A stretch of 64,000 nt of DNA from assembly GCF_009914755.1 (NCBI RefSeq), contig NC_060933.1. One strand, written 5' to 3'. Under the pieces are notes generated by a model. It was not told the DNA's origin. It saw only the letters and a list, made by a program, of their open reading frames with translations, and did no database searches. Shown in pieces: positions 1 to 13,180 of the stretch (positions are counted from its first letter, which is position 1; each line of letters starts with the position of its first letter). A program made the position numbers and the translations under genes. The DNA is from the human T2T-CHM13v2.0 reference genome, Homo sapiens.

Positions 1-269
1 GTGACAGGTATGATTTCATATTCGTCCACTGTGTTGACAACAGATAAAAGTTTGAGAACTTCCAAATTAAAAGACCAGAAGAATATAGTTGCTTGTACAG
101 CACAAAGCCTGGAGGTTTGCAGGCACCAATGAGATAGCACTATCTGTGTAAGGTGTGGTATCATACAAGGAGAGTCCAAAATAGTCTGAGGATGATCGAG
201 ATTAGATTAGGCTGTGCCTAATATTAGACCATAGGTACTTGTTTCTTTCAAAACCTGCACTGTTAAAAT

Positions 270-760
270 CACCTATTGTATATTTGTTTCATTCCAGGAA
301 GTAGTAGACTGGTGAAGCCGAAAAAGAAGTTTGTTGAAAAGATATTAGAGGCTCACAGAAGATCTGAGAAGGCTGAGATTCCAAATCAGGTGCCATGCTT
401 TCTGGAAAGATATATAAATTGTCCAAAAGTAGTTTTATGGGTCATCTGCTACTTCTGCCACCATGAGCTAGGTGCTACAGTTGGCAAAGCCACCAGGAAC
501 ATGACTCTCCTCCCATCACCATGGTCACCAGCACCAGGACCTCTTCTGTACCACAGACTTGAAACTGTCCAAGAACACTTTATGGCTCTACTGAACCCTC
601 ACCTGGAGAATAGATTGACATTCCTCACCTCCTAACCCAAGTCCTGGGTAAATGCATCTGATTTATAGAACCACAGTGTGTCCTACCAGCACACGCTACC
701 TTAGGGCACACAAATAGAGCAATACTCCAGTGATAGAAAAGATGTTTAAAGGCTGCTGGA
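270..760. mobile_element. Degenerate old MaLR LTR (MLT1-type) fragment
   Basis: 'aagtcctgggtaaatgcatctgatt' (~639-663) resembles the old MLT1 motif AAGTCCTGGGCAGGTGCATCTGATTGG; boundaries approximate. Confidence 0.35.
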
Positions 761-1077
761 AAGCAGAGTGCATAACACATACAATTTCAACATTTTACTG
801 TCATTTACCTGTGTTAGTTATTTCCTTAATGAAAGACTCGTTTTGCTTAAAAGAGAAAAGATAAACAGAAAAGTGATAAAGCTCTTTAAATTCACCTGCT
901 TGGGAAGGTGCCAGTTGCCCTGAGAACAACTACTATTTGTTCTGTAGTATATGTAAAGACTATACACAACTCTTAATAGTTAAAAAGAACTATACAGAGT
1001 TGTTATCTTATGCTAAATGGTGCAAAGTAATGTGTAAACATGATTTTACTTAACCTTTCCATAACCACATTAGTTGT

Positions 1078-1200
1078 TTACAGATAGGACTCAGAGAAGT
1101 TGGGTGACTTGCCCAAGGTCACACACCAAGGACGAAACAGAGCCAGGATTTCCACCCAGCATGAGGCCTGGCAGATGTTCAGTATTTCACCCAAACCACC
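1078..1200 (-). mobile_element. MIR SINE core fragment
   Basis: 'cagagaagttgggtgacttgcccaaggtcacac...cagagccaggatttccaccca' is the reverse complement of the MIR core. Confidence 0.8.
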
Positions 1201-2514
1201 ACCCCCATCTAGGGACTTTTTGGGGGTTAGCAATACTGCATCAAGGGAAACCACCAGCCACAAGCTCCGTGCTGCTGCCTCACTAAGTTGTCCAAGCAAA
1301 GTGAAGAGGAACAGGAAGAAACACAAATTCAGAAGAGCAGCATACAAAGAGGTGATTCAAGGCTAGTTGCAAGATGAACCTCCCAATTTCCAAATTACGT
1401 ATGTTGGAGCAGTGCTCTTCAAATTATGTTTTGCTCAAGTCTCCTAAAATAATTTGAATAACAATATATCCCCTCCAACATTTCCTAAATTGATATTTAA
1501 AATTTTTTCATTGTAAGTTTAAATAGCTTAAAAGCATGCAATTTCTAGTACATCATAAATATATTTCAAAATAGAAATCCCATCAATTTTAAATGTACCC
1601 AATGGAAACCACATACATACAATGTGATAATATCCCATCATCTCTTTTAAAAGGACATTAAGAAGCTACTCTTTCCCATTTTACCTTTTCCTTTTCTCCT
1701 TGAATTTGTATTTTACTTCCCTCATACAATTTAATTCTAATAAAATATATTTAATTCTTCAAAGTCTTTTATTAATCTCTTACCATGCTTCTCTATACTG
1801 AAAAGGTGTTGTGTTTATTAATTGAAACAAGTTTATTTTATTCCCTAAGTCTCTAATACTTAACAAAAAAATCTGGATTAAGTTATCATTTTAGTAGTAA
1901 CAAGCGATTAAAACTATACAAATACACAAATAGATTTAAAATATGGATACATCATTACTAAGCACGTCTAAGATTTTTTGGAAGTCCAGGCATCCTTAAT
2001 GAAATAACTGGAAATTTTGAAAAAAAAAAGTTCACGCTTCTTGATGTCAGATTGCTAGAACGGCACTGGGCTATCTCAAATTTAATGGTTTAAAGTGGAA
2101 CATATGGGCTTTTACTTTCAAACTTGCTCCTCTGGTCCTTACATTTTCTATTTCCTTTAATGGACCTTTCAGTTACCTGCCTTAGAGTTACCCAGAGTGT
2201 GTGTTCCTCTCTCACCATTATCCACCAACTTCCAAATCAGTTTTCAAGTTCCATCCTGAGTCCATGCTGTATTTTTTATCTTCTGTTACCTTATATCTGC
2301 CACTACACTGAATTGTGTTGGTAGCTATTAACTGGTCTTCTTCTTTCCTTTCTTCTTCCCCAGCTAATATTGCCAGTCATTGAAATATTGCCAGTCAGTC
2401 CTGCTGGCTCGAGCAAGTTTGGGTTTTGTGCCTATCCTGCTTTAAAACCTTCTATCATCTCTCATTTCCTAAAGAATTCCTACCGAGTGCATTAGCTTAG
2501 AACTACTCATTCAA

Positions 2515-2813
2515 GGCTGGGTGTGATGGCTTATGCCTGTAATCCCAACACTTTGGGAGGCCGAGGCCAATGGATCACCTGAAGTCAGGAGCTCGAGACC
2601 AGCTTGGCCAAATGGCAAAACCCTGTCTCTACTAAAAATACAAAAACTAGCTGGGCATGGTGGCAAATGCCTGTAGTCCCAGCTACTCAGGAGGCTGAGG
2701 CAGGAGAATCACTGGAACCTGGACAGTGGAGGTTATACTGAGCCAAGATTGCACCACTGCACTCCAGCCTGGGCAACAGAGCAAGACTCTGTATCAAAAA
2801 AATAATAATAAAA
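2515..2813 (+). mobile_element. AluS (Sx/Sz-like), full length
   Basis: Dimeric Alu with central A-rich linker and tail; TSD agaactactca[t/c]tcaa at 2499-2514 and 2814-2829. Confidence 0.97.
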
Positions 2814-2903
2814 AGAACTACTCACTCAAGGCCAACCACAATCTGATATTAATCTTCTTTTCTGTACTTATTTTCTGCTATTAGTATGTGAGCAAATGTA
2901 TGT

Positions 2904-3167
2904 CCATGCTTCTCAAACTCAGGTCACATACATCCAGGGATGGGGGCCACTCCCATGACACAAAACTGTGGCATTTTCCTGAAAATAATTTAAGATATTT
3001 TTGTATGAAAACAAATGTACTTGTATTATAGAATAAAATGCAAACTTTGTAAAATATTTTTAAAGATTCAGATTTAAAGAAATGTAAACCCCACAACTGT
3101 TCTCTGGTTACACTACCAAATTCCTGTTGACTATTAGTACACACCAAGGACGTTTTAAGAAGCACTG
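2904..3167. mobile_element. hAT-Charlie-type MITE
   Basis: Terminal inverted repeats: 5' 'ccatgcttctcaaac' and 3' 'gttttaagaagcactg' (reverse complement cagtgcttcttaaaac), typical of Charlie/MER5-group TIRs. Confidence 0.55.
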
Positions 3168-3736
3168 TTTTGTGAAAGTTCGTTGCTCGGCTCATATCAA
3201 CTATGGTGAATATTATTGTTTAACTGCCTTTCATTTCTTGTGTAGCACTCACCCTCCCCGCATACACTCTGTCCCTTCCTGCCTCCTCTGAATGTGCCTC
3301 TGTTATTGCTTCCAAAAAAAGACCTGTCCCCCTGAAGACACATTCTGAAATCCCATCTATCCTTCAAGGCTGGCTCAGACTTAAAAGTTGACTTTTCTAT
3401 CCCGGTTCTGTTAATCACATATACTCCCCTCTCACCCTTCCTAAGAAATAATCCTTGGATTCTTCCTCTTGGTGTACACATATTATTTCATCCTGTTAAA
3501 GGAATCTTAAGCATTAACATGCTTGAAAGCAAGATCTGTATCTAAATAAAGTCCCTTTCGCTGCTCCTCCAATCATGCCTAGTTTAATAGGTGCTCAATA
3601 AATAAGTAGTTGAATGACAGGATGATGGAGTAAAGCATCGCTTTGTGTCCAGGTGTTATCACCAAATTACTATTGCTTTGTTTTACAAACCTATGATTCC
3701 TTTGTTTTGAGACCATATGAAATATATGTTCACCTC

Positions 3737-4091
<355 letters not shown>

Positions 4092-5129
4092 TCAATTCTG
4101 AATCACTGAAAAGTGACTGTCATGGTACGATTTGAAATTTAGTTATAAACAAGAAGACTCTCCCAAATCTTCTCATAGGTCAACAATCATAGAGCTAGAG
4201 GTCCCATTTCAGTTGCCAATATTCTACCCTTCAAAGGAAAACATTAAGCTTTCAATGGCATTTTTAAAAGGTGCCTATACCTAATATAAACAAAATATTA
4301 AAATATTTACTAAAGCTTGAGTCTTATACATGGATAAAGGAGAACACTAATGTAGAGTGTCTTTGCAGCACAGCTGCTAGGTCATTTCAGAAAATATGGG
4401 TCTGACAGATGGAGAGAAACTAGAATTAAACCTGCAGGTATTTCATGTTCTTTCTCAAGTCATGTTTATTTTAATTAAATTAGGGAAAAGAGAGTCTCAT
4501 TTCTTAAAAGGAGAAGTCTTAAAGGACTTTCATCTCCCTACCATTTCTTTCCCTAGAGAATTCTGAATGGGGGCAGGGTGAGGTGGGGGAGGAGAAAGCC
4601 TGTGGCATTTTATGATTGGAATGAATAACTTTCAAAGGGAATGATATATTTCTTTTTCCAGAAATGTTTAACAGATTATGCTGTATAAGCTGTTAAGGTA
4701 AAGAGTCTTCAATTTGGAGGTAAAAGGCAAAGAGAGAAACATAAAACCAAATTAGGTATCAAACTAATTAGAATCAAGTAGTTCTTGCCAATAAATCCTG
4801 TATTTGTGTCTGATTCACTATATCCACGTTATTTTTAAAAGGGAATTATCTAATTATCCAGCAAGATATGAATTTATAGACACTTTGACCCACTTGTGAA
4901 AAATGGATTTATAGACATCCATTTCCTCTGCTGTCAGGAAATTTAATCTTACCAATCCAAAGTAAATTTAGTTTCTTCTAGTTTTAATTCCATTCCATCT
5001 AGGTAAATATTCTGTCAATTCAATATTTCTCCTCCACATTATTCTTTCTGTCCTGGCAGGGAGACAGGATGAGAGAGGGTGATCTACATTTCCCATGTCC
5101 TGGTGCTCTCATCAATAATCATTATCATC

Positions 5130-5300
5130 AATAATCACTTTTGTAATGCATCAGGAACTGTTTAAAATATTTTTTAAATTGTCTGCCCATTTTAAAGATT
5201 AGGAAACTAAAGGACAGAGAGATTAAGTGGCTTGCCAGATCTCACAGCTGGTAAGAATGTAAACTTAGGCACTAGGACAGAGGCCTTTGATTCCCCATCA
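5130..5300 (-). mobile_element. MIR fragment
   Basis: 'cccattttaaagattaggaaactaaaggacagagagattaagtggcttgcc...ctcacagctggtaag' matches the reverse-strand MIR core. Confidence 0.75.
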
Positions 5301-5721
5301 CTCAGCATCCCTGTACCTGATTACTGCGGTCAGGAGCCATCTTGGCTTTTTGGGACCCATGCTGGCCATACCTGCACTGAAGCTTCAGACACTCCCTCTG
5401 CTGGCTGGTGACAAATTCAGTGCAGGGCACTCTGCATCTTCCTTTCTTTAATCAGGATCTGTTCTGTCTAAAACAAGAAAGCTTTTCAATAAATGGCTAA
5501 TAAGATTTGTGGTTGAATAGTAGGTTCAGATATTAAAATCTCAATCTGTGTGGTCCTTTTCCCCACACACACTATGTATTTTTATTATTATTACGCATTA
5601 AAGCAAGTAACCTGCTCTTGAGGAGATTATAAGATTCCTGTATCTTGAGGAATGGTGATTATAGAAATCGCAAGTCTGTCTGTACTTTTTCCCTCAAATG
5701 GCTACACCATTAAGAAATGTA

Positions 5722-6022
5722 GGCTGGGCGCGGTGCCTCACGCCTGTAATCCCAGCACTTTGGGAGGCTGAGGTGGGCGGATCACAAGGTCAGGAGTTTG
5801 AGACCAGCCTGACCAACATGGTGAAACCCCATCTCTACTGAAAATACAAAAATTAGCTGGGCGTGGTGGCGCATGCCTGTAATCCCAGCTACTCAGGAGG
5901 GTGAGGCAGGAGAATCTCTTGAACCCAGGATGCAAGGTTGCAGTGAGCTGAGATCACACCACTGCACTCCAGCCTGGGCAACAGAGCAAGACTCCATCTC
6001 AAAAAAAAAAAAAAAAAAAAGA
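5722..6022 (+). mobile_element. AluS (Sg-like), full length
   Basis: Dimeric Alu with 'atcacaaggtcaggagttt' (2-bp deletion form), A20 tail; TSD aagaaatgta at 5712-5721 and 6023-6032. Confidence 0.97.
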
Positions 6023-7699
6023 AAGAAATGTAGAAGCACCCTGAATAGAGGCAGGGAGTTCAGGAAATGCAGAAAAGGCACTGGGTTACATGAGAAAGAG
6101 AATTTGTGTGCTGCTCTTAAGGAGGTGACAAGATTTGAGAGAAGTGCTTCAAACTAGTGTGGCCACAGACAGCCTTTCAGGGAGCTTCAGGTCACAAGCA
6201 TGACATAAAAAGAACAGGAGATGCCAGGACTGAAGAGGCCATGTGGGCAGGAGCAAGGAACATCTCAGCAGTTGTCAAAGCAGACAGATGGCTGTAATGA
6301 CTACCAGGGGCTCTTACCTCTAATGTCTTATATCTGCAAAAGGCCCCAGATTCATGGCCCCCACCCCAGTGGAGAGAGGAAAACCTCAAGAAAGGGAGAA
6401 AGAAGTCAAGCTTCCATCATCCCAGCAGGAAGAGTCCTCAGAAGTTGGCTTTTATGTCATTCCCTGGTAAATAAAGATGTGGAATATCATGTGGACACTT
6501 CAGTGCATAGATTGAGTCACCCCTGCTACCTATCATTACAATTTCTGAATTTGAAAGTGAGCATGTGTATGTAACTGCCAAGAAAATACAGAAAGAGCAC
6601 TTAAGAAGATCATTTTTAGAGATAAAAGCTCATTTTCTCCAGTACTTGGAAATCTTGGTGAACTAGGAAAGATATTTGAAGAGATAGATTGGTTTTCTCA
6701 CATTATACATACATCACCTATTAACTAGAGTCACAGTCAACCAAGTTCAGCACTACTGGGCTAAAGATATAATGGGAGAATTGCTTAACTGAGAGTAAGT
6801 TCTGACTTAATAATCAATGGTTACACATTCCAGGAACACTTAGAAAATATTTTGGATTTGGCAGAAATGGTCTCTTTGTGAACATACCTTCATATTTTGA
6901 ATTCTCTCCAATGTGAATGATAAGTAAATTAAATCAAACTGGATCATACATCATTTGGCCTGATGACACAGATGCTAGAACTCTACTCTGCCTGGCAGAG
7001 ATAGCTGGCTCACTTCTGTGTGATGAGCTCTACGTTGTTCTTTAGACAGGTGTTTCCTGAAAATTGACATCAAGAGCGTCAAAACAAAACCACAATAACA
7101 GGCTTAATCAGGGACACCAAAACACACACAGAAAAAAGCAATGTTAGCTTACAAGTGATAGAAATTTCAAAGCAAGATAGAAAAAATAACAAATTTAGTG
7201 AAATATTTTAAATTTTGTCCTTCACACATAACGGAAATGACTAAACACTTCCTAGCTCCTTACAAAATGATATTTTCAATATTTGGGATCCAAAGAAACA
7301 TTCTGGAAAATAGAATAAGGCATATAACATTATTGATTTGTGATTTCAGACACGTAAAGCATGGCATTTTGCCCAAAAGACCGTGATGATGTTGCTAGGC
7401 GTGGATCTTGGCTTCAGTTCAGTTGAAATCATCTCACATGCTCTGGATCTGAATAGGCAACTAATTTTGTTGGGGAGAGATTGTTCTTCAAGGTAGTTAA
7501 GAAAGGAATACATGAATGTCAGGGTTTCTTATGAATGCAGAGGTTGATTTAGGATATATGGCTAGATAGAGTCAGAAGGACAATTCAGCCTTAAGGAACT
7601 AGGTGTCCATCCTCACACGCTGGTTACCAGACCTGGGATAGCCTGGGACATAAAAGCTGCCCAGATTGGCCCCTTCATTAGTACACATGGAGGAAGTTA

Positions 7700-8340
7700 T
7701 AGGTTGAAATTAGTGTGCAGGAGGCTCTTGGGGAATCACACCTAGGGAGGCAAAAGGAAAGATACAAGCAAAGGAAGAAGCTGAGCTGTGATGTGATGTC
7801 AATGACAGCCTCAGCCAAATTCAAGTGAAGTTCTGAAGGTGAAATTAATTTTGATAACCCAGAAACACAAAGTCAAATGCCACATGTTCTCGCTTATAAG
7901 TGGTAGGAAAGCAATGAGTACACACGGACATGCAGAATAGAATAATAGACATTGGAGGCTACAGTGGGCAGGAGGGTGAGAGAGGGGTGAGGGGTGAAAT
8001 GCTATTGATTGAGTACAATGCCCACTGCTCGGGTGATGGTTGCATTGAAAGTCCAGACTTCACCACTGCACAATATATCCATGGAACACAACTGTGGTAC
8101 TCATCCTCCTAAATCTATGAAGATAAAAACTAACTAAAAAAGAGATTAATTTTGAAGCTGACCCAAGTCAGGGTGTGACGCCAGGCTTTTATAAGTTCCC
8201 ACTTCCTGCTCCCACCTACATCTACCCCTGAAAAGAACAGAACCGTGGACACATCAGCTTTCTTTGGGTGGCTCAGGGGGTTCTTTGAAGGGGATCACAG
8301 CAGAGGGCCACTGCTCTGCCCTGCCAGCCCACCATGGAGA
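7700..8340. mobile_element. Old ERVL-class LTR (LTR16-like), interrupted by an L1PB 3' end
   Basis: 'gaagaagctgagctgtgatgtg...gcctcagccaa...gaagttctgaaggtg' continues after the L1 as 'gctgacccaagtcagggtgtgacgccaggcttttata'. Confidence 0.45.
7855..8141 (+). mobile_element. 5'-truncated L1 (L1PB4-like) 3' end
   Basis: 'cacatgttctcgcttataagtgg', 'aagtccagacttcaccactgcacaatatatccatg', A-rich tail; TSD ga[a/g]attaattttga at 7841-7854 and 8142-8155. Confidence 0.9.
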
Positions 8341-11300
8341 CATAATTCTGTCAGTGGTCATGAATGGCTTTCTCAGTTTCTTCTCTCTTTTAACTTATTT
8401 TACATATTTTCAAGGACTTATCGTTGGGTAACACTTTGATAATGCAGTGGTAGCAAAAGCCCCATTTTATTAATTTAATCAACTAATCAGCAATGCTGCT
8501 TCAGCAAACTGGCCAATTGCAGCCTTTGAAGGTGCCTAAGTGACATCATCAATACGAAGAAAGCATCATTCCTGATCACAAGCAGTTCCACTCCATTCAC
8601 TGGAAGTTATCTGATACATACATTTTATTGGTGGTATTATTAAAAATATATCTGTATATTGTATGTCAGAAGATTCACTGAAAGCAAATTCAAAAAACCC
8701 TCACAAACACTAACCTAGGCTCTAGGAGAATAAATTAAATATCTATAGTCAGAGAGACCAAGGATCAAGAGATCAAATATTATCTCAAGTGGAATTAATT
8801 ATAGATTAGAAGAAATGAACATTCCTTACTTCCTATTCTAAGTCCAATGTCATTATGATTCTTTTGTGTCCCTATTTAGGGACATGAAAACAGGTAGACA
8901 AAAATAATCATATGTATATGACTATCAGAAGTTGTATCTTTGGATCCCAGATATTTTATTATCAAAGTTTTGTTTTTTATTACTTTCCTCTATGGTCAAT
9001 GAAACCCTGAATTATTACATTTACAATATTATTATTTACAGCCACGGTCAATAAGCCAGGGTGATACAATTACAGCAAACAAGAAAAAATATTATTTAAT
9101 TAGCATTACAGCTCTCTCATGCTAGCAAATGTATGACTTCTGTTAGGCTTTTGACATCTTAAGGGAAAAAAAAAAGAGCAACTCTAGGTTTATCCTAGCT
9201 ACTTTCAAGAGACTTAGAATGAAAATCGCTGGATCAGACACATCTAAGAAGGAAATATATTTTATGGCAAAATCATGTCAGACTTGCCTATTCCCTTTTA
9301 GTTTTATTTCAGTAGCCTTCACGAATCCTTCATAAATAAATTAACCTATTTAGCTCTTATCAGAAAAAAATATTTGAACATACATTAATTCAAAAATTTC
9401 TCAGCCAATTCAGTTCTGAATTGAGTATTAAAGAAAACTCATTAAAATAACAGTAAATTTTTAAATAAAAAACACCCTCAAGTTTCATTTTACTCCTTGG
9501 ACCCCAGGTTCTAAATATTGCAACAAGCTCTGTCTATGTGCAAAGGTTTAGGATGGAGAGTTCACGCACCAGACTGTAGACGAAATGAACAATGGGAACA
9601 AGCAGAGATGGCATGCTTTGCTCCAATTGCTTCAATTAAAGTTAGACCCTATGCCCAGGGGTTCAGTGGCTTTGCTCCCCGTTATAAAAAACGTCCTTCT
9701 TTGACATCAGCATTTTGTTTCCTAGCAGAAGCATTCCACTGAGATTTTATGCATCTCATCAACACTATTCCATCTCCTATGCTAAACGTGTTATTACGAA
9801 AGGTTTGCAGTGTCTGGAAGCTGGAAGGGGCTGTGCCCAGGCTATTCCAGCAGCTTAGCTATTGCATTGGCCTATCTCCAGCTTCTCTGCTAAATACATA
9901 ATTAAATCTCACGGTCGACATGGTGTGATTCATTCCCATAAAGTGTGAAAACAAACAACTGTGCATGCGCTGTCCCCAATTTCAAATTCAAAACAAAAAT
10001 ATCCTGGAATCTTCTATTTCCCTTAAGTTCCAAATGTAATTAGACCGTTTTTAAAGGCAAGTAGTCTTCCAGTTTCCATGTGTTAAATCCAATCTGTCAG
10101 TTACAAATGGGGTGGGGGGGACAAACGACTGCAAAATGTAACATCTTGGTTTCCTCTCTTTATAATCAAGTGCTCAAATTGACTTATTTTCCCCCAGAAT
10201 TACCAAAATGTCATTGCTCTCTCATGCAGAGCCTTTGTTTATTTACCAGTTTACAGCCAAGAGCAAATGTTCACAAGTAAGTAATCAGACCCTGCAAGTG
10301 CTGTTGACTAATGCAAACTTACAAACTGCAGCAATGTGACTAGGGGCAGCCGTGATGCTGGTTTTGGCTCAGTTCCATAGCCCTAAGTCACAAGGAATTT
10401 AAACAAGATGCCCAGCACCTCTCTGCAGACGTCACTACCAAGTTCTTCTGTAGGGCAACAATTCTTTTCATTTTTCCAAATAAACTTCACATATAATGAA
10501 CTAGATTCTTCCAGCTGCCTCCTAGGAAAAATTCAATATATGAGGAGCTAGAGTAAAATTTTCTATCCATAAATAGATATCTCCAGTATATTTGTATTGG
10601 CGAAATGCAAAATAAATCAGAAAATATTTCCGGAAGGGAGAGAGTCATAAGATTACATTTTCTCTTCAATAAATACCAATTTTGTGGCACAAGTCTACAA
10701 TTAAAAATTTAAGTAACTGAATAGAGGTTTTAGCTAATCTATGAATATAAGTCTACAAAGGTTAAATATATTTTATGCAAATGTGTCTCATATATAAACA
10801 TAGCACAAATATACTGCTCTTTAATGACCAACAATATTTTTATATTGTCTTCCATTTTTCTTGTTTGATTCTCTTCTACTATACTTATATACTTCTTGAA
10901 TCTATATTATACATATATATATATACAACTATACTTCCTTATACTGTACTTATATGTATTTCCTCCACACTTTAGCTGTACTAGATAACATGTTCTCAAA
11001 CATGGCTTATGCATCCCTGACTCTATAATTCTGCTAATTCTGTTTCCTCCACTGAGAATTCTATTCCACAAACTATCAAAACACTTACCTGATATTTCTC
11101 AGCCCAATTCAAATGCCATTGAGCTAAAATATTTGTCTCCTCTTAACCCCTTATAATATTTTATTTGTGCTTTTCTAACTTTTTAATAGTGTTAGTATAT
11201 ACACCATTATATTACTCTACATCTACAAAATTATACAGACTGATGACAAGAATTATGTCTCATTCATTTTTAATCTTTTTTAAAGCCAAGAGCAAAATTT

Positions 11301-11719
11301 TAAAGATAGTCCATGCTCAAAAAAACAAAATGCATTGATGGAACAAAGAAATGAATGAGCTAATGTCTTTAGCACGCTTATTGTATAGAAAACTTTTTAA
11401 AGTGCAGAGGAGCAAAAAATAAGAATCTTTTAAAGCATTCATAATCAATACATATGTATTTTGTACACCTTGTATGTGCAAATAAAATATGTGCACAATT
11501 TGTATTTGCAAAAATATTTTGGAATGTACCACATTGACTTAGGATTACCATATATCATGATTGAATGTGTCATGATAATATTTTTCTACATACATTTTAT
11601 ATAGTAATTCATTATGTGGTCACAATATAATTTTAGATAATCTTCTGCTAAATATTTTGATTGCTTCTCATTTTTCTGGCTTTATCTCTCCTACTATGTT
11701 CTAATTGTTTTAGTAATAT

Positions 11720-12491
11720 AAATAGTTCTCTACCTCTACTGCTAATTGCATTGCTAAAAATTTGCATATTTTACCATTGTCTCTCACCTGAAACATGCAT
11801 CAGCCTGCTAACAGGTCTGCTTGTTTTCATTCTCAGCCTTCTCTAAGATATTCTCAACCAAGCACACAGAGTGATGATATCACCCATCAGATCATGCCTA
11901 CTATTTACTCAGAATATTCCAGTGTCTTTCTGTTTTATGCAGAGTAAAACCAAAGTCCTAGTAACAGAGACTGGAAAACTGCATTTGAAACTCTACTCCC
12001 ATCCTCCCCCTCATTATTTTTCTGGTCCAATTTATTGTTTTACCCTCTCCCACCCTGCTCCAGCCACATTGGTCTCTTTGCTCTCCCTGAAACATACTGA
12101 CTATTCTGCCTCAGGGCCTTTGCACTTGCTGCTCCTTAAGGTGGTCAACAAATCTCCACACCTAGCTAAATCAAAACTGTCTCCTTTGAACCCCATTGCA
12201 TTTTGTTTGTATTAAAGCCATTCAAGTATGTTCACACTCTCCTCTCTTTTGCATCTTTACAGAAATATCAACTCAGTAAGGCCTTCAAATCGTAGACCCT
12301 ATCTCAAACACCACCTTGCCTTTGCCATAGGCTTTTCACCATATTTCATATTTGTTGAATGTATTTCTACTTTATAGACTCTACGTTTCATAAGAGTAGA
12401 GATTTATATCTGCTCTATTCATACTGTATCCCCAGTTGCCAGAACTATGTATCTGACACATAGTGGGTACCTAATAAATATTGGTTGAATA
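11720..12491 (+). mobile_element. L2 (L2a-like) 3' fragment
   Basis: 'tctctcacctgaaac...cagcctgctaacaggtct', 'gcctcagggcctttgcacttgctg', terminus 'acatagtgggtacctaataaatattggttgaataa'. Confidence 0.8.
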
Positions 12492-12589
12492 AGTAGATGT
12501 TATGATTAATTGACTTCAACTATATCTGTGCTTATATTCAAGATGACTAAGAAAAAAGTGCTCTTGTCTCAACTTAACTATTTACAGGC

Positions 12590-13180
12590 AAAATAGAAGT
12601 TCCTGAAACTGATAAATCCAAGCTTGTCCTTCCATCTCTAAAACATCCGTATGCTTTGGCACATTGTATGCTCACAGTTAGCAGACTACTCACAAGTACA
12701 TCCACACGTCTGCTCTCACTCATTGTGTTGTATGTTTAATAGAATCAGTTGTGTTTGTTCCCAAAACTGTCTGTGTCAGTTGCACTTGTTATATTGTAAT
12801 TGTACAACTTGACTAAATATTAGTAAAGCAATAGACTATGGATCTGCAAATCGAATTATAGTAGTATGAAAATGCCATTGAATGTTTTAGTAAGACTCAG
12901 TAAAGGCAAGTGACTAACAAATGTGAAATATGATAACAATAAAATATTTGAAAAATAATAAAAATATAGAAAGGGATATACCACATCACTTTAAAATTTT
13001 AAGTACTTACTCTCCCCCTGCCAAATAAAATCCTAGACATTATAGATGATTCAATATGGGTATGATTTATGTAAAAAAATAATTATAGAGAACTTCAGTC
13101 ATCAAAAATATATGCAAACAAAAAGCTTTAGCCCATGTCAGAATGTATACTTATATGTTTAAAGTTAAAACAAAATCTTG
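12590..13180 (+). mobile_element. TcMar-Tigger DNA transposon relic
   Basis: Decayed transposase N-terminus: 'atgaaaatgccattgaatgttttagtaagactcagtaaaggcaag' (~MKTKLNALERLDKGE) and 'atagatgattcaatatgggtatgatttatg' (~DDALWVWFM, CENP-B-type HTH). Confidence 0.55.

Larger units (their letters stand above)
2180..3617 (+). mobile_element. Degenerate L2 LINE 3' region, interrupted by an Alu and a hAT MITE
   Basis: L2-like pyrimidine-rich blocks ('cctgctttaaaaccttc', 'ctatccttcaaggc') ending in the L2 3' terminus 'taggtgctcaataaataagtagttgaatga'. Confidence 0.6.

Noticed and set aside
276-635. 119-aa ORF
   Set aside because: Non-ATG start, no recognisable homology, overlaps a probable decayed LTR
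1100-1366. 88-aa ORF with a basic, NLS-like tail
   Set aside because: Begins inside a MIR at a TTG; no splice context or recognisable domain
2366-2397. 14-bp direct repeat aatattgccagtca x2
   Set aside because: Ordinary small slippage duplication in decayed L2
4569-4593. Possible G-quadruplex (gggggcagggtgaggtgggggagg)
   Set aside because: Only three runs of at least 3 G; weak and isolated
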